Below are positions 57,274 to 64,000 of a stretch of 64,000 nucleotides of DNA, one piece after another. Where the stretch lies: NCBI GenBank assembly GCA_001661245.1, contig KV454011.1, positions 1,900,041 through 1,964,040 of the forward strand, in the 5' to 3' direction. The notes under the pieces are model-generated. The model saw only the letters and a list, made by a program, of their open reading frames with translations. It ran no database searches and was not told the DNA's origin. Origin of the DNA: Pachysolen tannophilus NRRL Y-2460 (Eukaryota). Both the position numbers and the translations under genes were made by a program. Within the stretch, counting starts at the first letter, position 1. Each line of letters begins with the position of its first letter.

Positions 57274-58281
57274 ATGTCAGCAGTTTTTGAGCGGGGACAA
57301 GATTTGAAGCAAAGAGGTAATGATGCTTTTGCAAAGGGCAAATTTAAGGAAGCTGCGGAATTGTATGGTCATGCGATCAAGATTATAGAAGATAACCCTG
57401 TATTATACTCAAACAGATCGATTTGTTTTATAAGATTACAAGAATATGATAATGCTTTGAGAGATTGTAATCAAGGACTACGATTAGTTTGTCAAGACCA
57501 GCAAGGTGATAGTAAAAGCACAAAGATCAAGCTACTATATAGGAAAGGGTTAGCGTTGATTAATTTGAAGAGGTTGCAAGAAGCTCAAGAATGTCTTGAA
57601 GAAGGGTTGAATTTGGATAAGAATAATACCGCTATTAAAAACGAATTACTGAAGTTACACGGAGATAGAGGGAAGTATGGAATTCAAACCAAGAAACTTA
57701 AGAGAGATACTGTATTAAACTCTGGATTGTTGAAAATACCTATAGTGGAAGTTGATAGGATTCCTATTGAATTTACTCCAAATTATAATCGACATGAGGA
57801 AATTTCCCGGAAAAAATTAGAAGAAATGGATACTAAAGATTATTCTGAAGAAACACACAATGACTTGGAAAATTCAAAATTAAATTCAAAATACTTGAAT
57901 AAATTGACTCCTAGTATTTTATCTTCGATAACATTGTGTTCATTTCAAGATTATCTTCATATAGAGAAAATACAAATTGTAAATTACTTATTTTCAAAAG
58001 ATCCATTGATATATAAGGATATTTTCAATAATCATTCAAGAAGTGGTATTGATGATATTTTTTTAAAATTCTTTTTAGACTGTATTAAATATCGCTTATC
58101 AATGAAGAATACAATTGATGAAAAATTAAAAATTATACAATATTTGAAAATCTTCACCGAATGCCGTCGTTTTAATTTATCCAAATTAATGTTAAGTAAT
58201 CATCTTATAGATGAAGTTTTTGGATTAATAAAAGATCCCGCAATAACAGAGTCTGACGCTTTGCTAAAATCCTGGAGATAA
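57274..58281 (+). CDS. TPR co-chaperone with C-terminal RPAP3_C-like domain (R2TP, Tah1/RPAP3-like)
   Basis: Three TPRs with carboxylate-clamp residues (LKQRGNDAF..G.F.EA..LY..AI; YSNRS.C; KLLYRKG.A); C-terminal L..FTEC.RF.L..LML. Confidence 0.7.
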   Translation: MSAVFERGQDLKQRGNDAFAKGKFKEAAELYGHAIKIIEDNPVLYSNRSICFIRLQEYDNALRDCNQGLRLVCQDQQGDSKSTKIKLLYRKGLALINLKRLQEAQECLEEGLNLDKNNTAIKNELLKLHGDRGKYGIQTKKLKRDTVLNSGLLKIPIVEVDRIPIEFTPNYNRHEEISRKKLEEMDTKDYSEETHNDLENSKLNSKYLNKLTPSILSSITLCSFQDYLHIEKIQIVNYLFSKDPLIYKDIFNNHSRSGIDDIFLKFFLDCIKYRLSMKNTIDEKLKIIQYLKIFTECRRFNLSKLMLSNHLIDEVFGLIKDPAITESDALLKSWR

Positions 58282-58535
58282 TGCAATTTTTGTAAATAAG
58301 AAAAGTAATAATTGTTAAAAGAATAAATTATAAACTATATTAAATTAATTATAAATCAAATAAACATAAACCTTTTTAATCATTTTATAAATATATATAT
58401 GTATATCTATATATATTTCATCAAAGATAACCCTCAACAAAAAAAAAAATAAAATAAAAATAAATTTCGAAACGATGCTTAAAACAACCACAGAGATAAA
58501 ATGCGCTTAATTTTCTTTTTAAACTATCTTTACTT

Positions 58536-61500
58536 TCAGCTTAAATATTTTGGCTTTCTGTAACCACGTAGTCCCTTACGTGGATTAACTTGGGTATCTG
58601 GCTGGACAAATACAAGTAATGTCTCCGGCAAATATTCAACTAAAGATATATCAAATGTTTTATCCAATAATATAGGAACGACAATTATCGAAGATAATAA
58701 AATCAGCATTATCAAGAAAATTAAAGAGTAAAAATATACTGTCATGGTTCTTTTCCTTCTTTGTTTCAAAGAAAATATTTGAGGACGAATTAATCTCCCT
58801 GGTTTCAACCATAATAACATCAATGAATGAAACCTATCAATATATGGAATAAGCAAAATTGGCAATTGTATGAACAAGATGAAATGACAAAGGAAAAAAT
58901 CGCCAGCAAACATACTCATTTCAATTACTTTGCAAATATATTCTCTTACTGGTTGAGTCAAAATATTCCATCCAAGACCAGCAGATGCCCATTTTCCGGA
59001 CCACCAAGCATAATTTGTACTATCGTATTTCATCTCACGAGTGAGGAAAATTTGTGTAATCAATTTGAAAAATAAACTTTGAATCAATATTGTGTCACAT
59101 AAACCTAAAACAGATGTTGCAAAATCCCAATTCTGACAAAGCCATAGAAATTCAAAAAATGCAACATGATTCAAAATTGAAAAAGAGTGAGCAAAAAGTG
59201 CTAATAATGACGGGAAACCACTATATAAAAATGTTAAGATCGGTCCAAAAAGAGCTGAAATTATAAATAATGCCAAAAGCAAGGCCATGTTAAGTGCAAT
59301 TGGTCCAAAAGAACAAAATAATATTCTTAAAACAGTATTTGCAGGCATGCTTCCACGAACATCATTTTGAGAATTCGCAAAAAAATATGCTAGGGAAACA
59401 AAAAAAGTCATTATCAAATGTGGTATAGTTTGAGAAAGAAGTAAATTAAAGGCGGATGGTTTTCTAAAATCAGGTGTTGGTTTCTCCAATGCTCTTTTTT
59501 TAACTTTACGTTTTGAACCAGTAAGTTGAGTTCTAGTACTTCTGACATATCCATTCCAGTTATCTTTATTATATCTTGAACTCCCTGCTGATAGCCATCC
59601 AAGAAAGTTTTTATAATCAAGGAAAAATTCACACCACAAAAATTGATTTGGATTGAATAAAAATGGTGAAATACACAATGCACCAATTGTTGCCCATAAA
59701 TATAGTAACGACGGTTTCCACATACTGATGGAGCTGTAAATTAACATACAGATGGCTGTTGCCCCAAAATATAAACTTTCCGTTGCAAATCTTGTGTACA
59801 ATACAGAAAATGGAACTCTGACGGTTGCAAAACCTCGACCTGTTGCAATATAACGCGCGCCTCCAATAGCAAGATCATTAATTAACGACTGAGCATAAAT
59901 TTTACACACAAACACTTCGAATAACGGAGAACACGAAGCAAAATGCTTAGCAAAACGAGTCAAAGCTCTCCATATACCTCTTTCAGTCAATTCTTGAACA
60001 CACAAAGGAACAAATGAAATTGCAAAAACCATTGAAATCGACAAGATACAACGTTGGAGCCATTCAACAACCGGGATTAAGTTCAAACAGCCAGGCGGTC
60101 TTCTAGCATCTGTGATTGGCCTATTTTTATCATATTCACAAATGACGGAATCATGCGTCAATGCAGCCATGTTAATACAGACCAAAAGGAACAGTTTGAT
60201 CGATAAAAGGATGAAAACATTGTTCAAATGGAAACCTGGATGAGCATAATAAAAAGATAAAAATCTATCAACTGGTAATTGCGTTCCTAAATAGAAATAT
60301 TCACGTGAAAGCATTTGTTCACCCATTCCTGCACCAATCTTGGTAGTGAAATTCAAAATAGATCCAAACCCAAGATCACGTCCTTTACCACATTGCATAT
60401 ATTCACAATGCTTAATACGCCCACCACGAATCATCGCATTCATACCCGCATATATATCTTCATTTAAATGTAAACCTTTTTGAGCTTTTGAAACACCACC
60501 TCGAGTCGTCATGAAGACGCTATTCAAGAAATCTGGATGTCCATAATGAAGCTTTCCACCAATATGGGCTAAAGTTCTGGCAAATAAAGTACCAAATGTT
60601 TGTTCTTTACCTGCTGCAACGTCCCCTAAAACTCCAATATTTTCAGAGAAAATATATTCTCTAGTACCAATAATGGCAACAGGATTATTATAGTTTCCAA
60701 CAAAGTTATTATCAGTGTAAGGATCTGTTGGGACTGAGGATTCTTCAAATTCAGCCAATACATTTCTAATTTTCAAACACTCTTCAAGGTAATTGTCTTG
60801 ATTAGCGTCAATTAATTGAATGTATTCACCACGACAAAATATCACAGAGTGGTTTTGGTTATCACTTTTACCATCACCAAGAATAGGATTACCAGAAAGT
60901 TTGATACGGTATTTTGGTTTTCTTTGACCATTTTCAGTAATTTCACAACTACCGTCAATAAGACAAGAATAGAAATTAACCTCACCAGTTTCCTGAATAA
61001 TTTCTTCTTCAAGATAAGAAATTTGTAATTCAGGGTAAGCACGTAATATGAAATCTTTATCTTCCTGTTCTGCAGTGAAAAATTCGTTCAATCTTTGCAT
61101 CGAAACAATTATTCTAAACTTTCTTAAAGCCATAATGGATGCAGATTCTAATTTTTTATGTTCACTATTATCAAAATCTTTCAAGTTTGGATTCTCAACG
61201 TCAAATAAAAGTTTGATAGCACGAGAGTAGTTCATAAACCCTGAAATTGTTCTGTAAAGAGTTTGAGAACGTAAAGAGGCCCAAATACGAGTTCTCAAGA
61301 TATATTCAGGGGAAGAAGACTTGAAACCAACACAATAATATGCCAAATCGTCAAATTTTAATACCGAATCTTCTTCTGAAATTGTAGCAGAGTCACCAAT
61401 TTCATGAGATAACAGTTTGGTATCTTGAACAAAATTCTCCCATTCTGAGGGATGAAGCTGCTTGAGATATTCTAATAATGTGACATGAGAATATTTATCT

Positions 61501-64000
61501 TCTTCTCTAATAATTTCTTTCAAAGACAACGTAATTTTCTCAGAATAATGTGGAATTAATACAGAGAAAGTAGGCATTGACTTTGTTGAAGTAGCTTCGG
61601 GCATTGGTGTAGATAGAGATTGAGCAAAAAATGTAATTCTCCTTTGTGCCTCGGTTTGTGATTCAAATATTGAGGATTTCATAAATTGATCTTCTTGTGA
61701 AACAAAAAAATTAGGTTCTTTTAAAACACCTTCTCCAGTATCGGTTTCAATTGTTTGTTGATATATTAAGCGTTGAACAACATCAACAGATAATAAATGT
61801 TCACGATACATAGAGATAATAATCGAATTCCAAACTTGTGAAACCAAATATTTGGCCTTAATATTACGATCCGAGTTGGAAGCAATGATCTTGGAAAAAA
61901 TTCTCTTTGGTAAACGTGAAAAGATATTACGCCATGGGGTCCAAATTGAAACTCCAATGTAAAAAGAACGACAGACAGAAAATAAAGTATTGGAAATGAT
62001 ATACCACAAATAAGTATCAAGGAAAAATAAAATGATATCTGTGAAATACATTAATGCCAAAAGAATCCATGGTTGGTATGAACAAAACAATGAACCAAAA
62101 TAGACCTCTCCAATACATCTTCTAATTTGCATTGTACTCAATTCTCTTATTGGATCACGGAGCGAAAGCGTTAAGAAAAAATATGACTCGGTAAATTTTG
62201 CAGAAAATACCAAGACCCAAAGACTCCATGATGATAAAGAATTCCTGCCATGTAATTTATATACCGAACCTGTGAAATATCTACTTGCCAAAAATGATCT
62301 TTCATCTCTATTGAGATAACTAATACCGAATAAACCACCTAATGGAGTTATCGAGAAATAGATAACCGTGAAAAGTGAGAAAACAAATTGGGCAATGGCA
62401 ATGGTTAAACACTCAAAACTTGAATCATCCAAATCACGAAAAAGGAAAATATAAATTGAAGGAGACGTATTCAAGATTAAAATGAAAAAAAGGAAAAATA
62501 ATTTTTTAGTCAAAGGTTCAGCTCCAGGCCATTTTCTTGGAACAAATACGTATTCAGCTAAAGTGGCAACGATATTGATAAAAGTGGAAAGTGATCCTGC
62601 TAAAGAAATTGCAGAAAGTGTTGCCTGCATAGTTGGCGGATTATTAAGAGCCTGTTTGTAATTTTTTGTATAAAGGGTTGGAGAATTAAAAACTGTATAA
62701 TACCAGAAAACTGATATATGAATGATCCATATACGATTAAAATTTGTAATTAAATGGAGCCAGGTCCTTGTTTCATGAAAAGTCTTATAAAAAGCTTTTT
62801 CCCATAAAATGTCCTTCATATAGATATAACGCTGAGTTGGTGGAATGGACATAAATTTTGTCTTACGATCTTTCAAGACAATTTTTTCTAAACCTTTTCT
62901 ATACCAAAATAATTGATTCATATCATCGTATCCAATTGTTGAAGAATGATCTTTATCGCAACGAACGTAAGCGCCATCTACCAAATCATATGTTTGGTCA
63001 CGATAAAACTCATATAATGGAGTAATAACATGATCCAAAAACCCATCTGGCGATGCCTGTTCAATTTTTGCACTAAAATCCAAAGAATAGAAATAATCGT
63101 TGCAACATTTGAAAATAAAACAAATACATTCTGGCATAAATCTTATATTATTTGCTTCACCCCAAATCAAAAGGTACAAAGCGATTTGTACAACACAATC
63201 TAATGCTGATAAGGAATTCATATTTTGAGACCACCTTTTTTCTGATTCTTGTAATGACAATACGTCTTCTTTTGTGATATTTTGTGATCTCATATAATCT
63301 TTTGTTGGAGTACCATCCAGCTTAGCGTTTTTATATCCAATTGTGTCATCAATATCTAATTGTGAAGCAAAATACCATTTCCTAAAATTTGAATTTAATC
63401 CGCCAATATAATCTGCATGTAAGGATCTTAGCGCTAGTATTGGTCCCATTCTTGAAGCTCTTGAATCTAATAGTTTTAAAAGATAATCAAACATATTTCT
63501 AGTGTTATCCAATTGGAAACCAAATACGTCTGTCAATTGTATGAATATTGCTTCAATTTCCATTCTAGTTATTGGGATGCATTCAGGGGGATTCCATGAT
63601 GGATAGGGATCATAATAATTATCAAATGCATCATAAATTCCTCTTTCCTTAAAAGCTTCACCTTCGACTTTTTGATCGGCACCAAATTTTTTACTTGCAT
63701 AAAGATTTCTAACTTTACCCAAATCATTCCAATGACTTGTATTAATAAAAGGTGTATTAAAAGCGCTAAATGGCAAGGCGCTTTTTTCTGTAAAAGCTGA
63801 ATTAAACCCAGTTCCATGGAGATCATTTATATTAAATGCTTTAAAAATGGGTAAAAGTTAGTAAAAGAGGAAAATCCAACAAATCAGCCTATCCGCCTAC
63901 TGAGGTAATTCTTACTAGAAGTTGTTGATTTAGGGTTATTTTGATATTCCGGTGAATCAGTATACCTCGTTGAAGAATCATCTGAAAATTCTTCCTTCTC
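58536..64000 (-). CDS. 1,3-beta-glucan synthase, FKS family (FKS3/GSL1-like paralogue), 5'-partial; join(complement 63916..>64000, 58536..63838)
   Basis: LYLLIWGEANNIRFMPEC, IGYDDMNQLFW, FLTLSLRDP, RRITFFAQSL, LGDGKSDNQNH, GLHLNEDIYAG, KIGAGMGEQMLSRE. The track start at 63776 is TTG; the frame continues upstream through an intron. Confidence 0.93.
63839..63915 (-). other. Spliceosomal intron in the FKS gene
   Basis: Minus strand GTAAGA...TACTAAC (63863-63857)...TAAAG; joins ...NPKSTTS-T-FNINDLHG... in frame. Confidence 0.85.

Noticed and set aside
1..64000. tRNA genes, rRNA, LTR/transposon or prokaryotic defence systems
   Set aside because: No T-loop GGTTCGA cloverleaf, rRNA motif, gag/pol, transposase or cas-like ORF recognised by eye.

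Overview
Eukaryotic, very AT-rich, gene-dense chromosomal segment from a budding yeast (Saccharomycotina), with one assembly gap (53954-54331). It carries 25 protein-coding genes: an unknown membrane protein, GUP1, LCL3, MMS2, SOM1, PCM1, POS5, PFA3, TRS130, HEM4, an unknown polyQ protein, EAF1, CNL1, GGA, ECM18/ICT1, a DUF2841 protein, HEM13, ABZ1, HRT3, an INO2-like bHLH, KIN1/2, a DDT-like chromatin protein, HEM1, GZF3/DAL80, AIM14, an RPAP3/Tah1-like TPR protein and a 5'-truncated FKS-family glucan synthase. The ORF track misses five short spliceosomal introns (MMS2, EAF1, two in GGA, FKS) and often begins at non-ATG codons. Main observations: (1) in-frame CTG codons behave as non-Leu, most likely Ala (CUG-Ala clade, Pachysolen-like; Ser not excluded), so many track Leu residues are probably wrong; (2) an unannotated ~450-600 nt multi-hairpin ncRNA candidate upstream of HEM4, with GNRA and cUUCGg loops and telomerase-template-like motifs; (3) three heme-biosynthesis genes within 35 kb; (4) several gene-order blocks shared with S. 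cerevisiae; (5) motif-rich promoter islands. Homology calls are from memory of the families; no searches were run. No tRNA, rRNA, CRISPR array or transposon was recognised.
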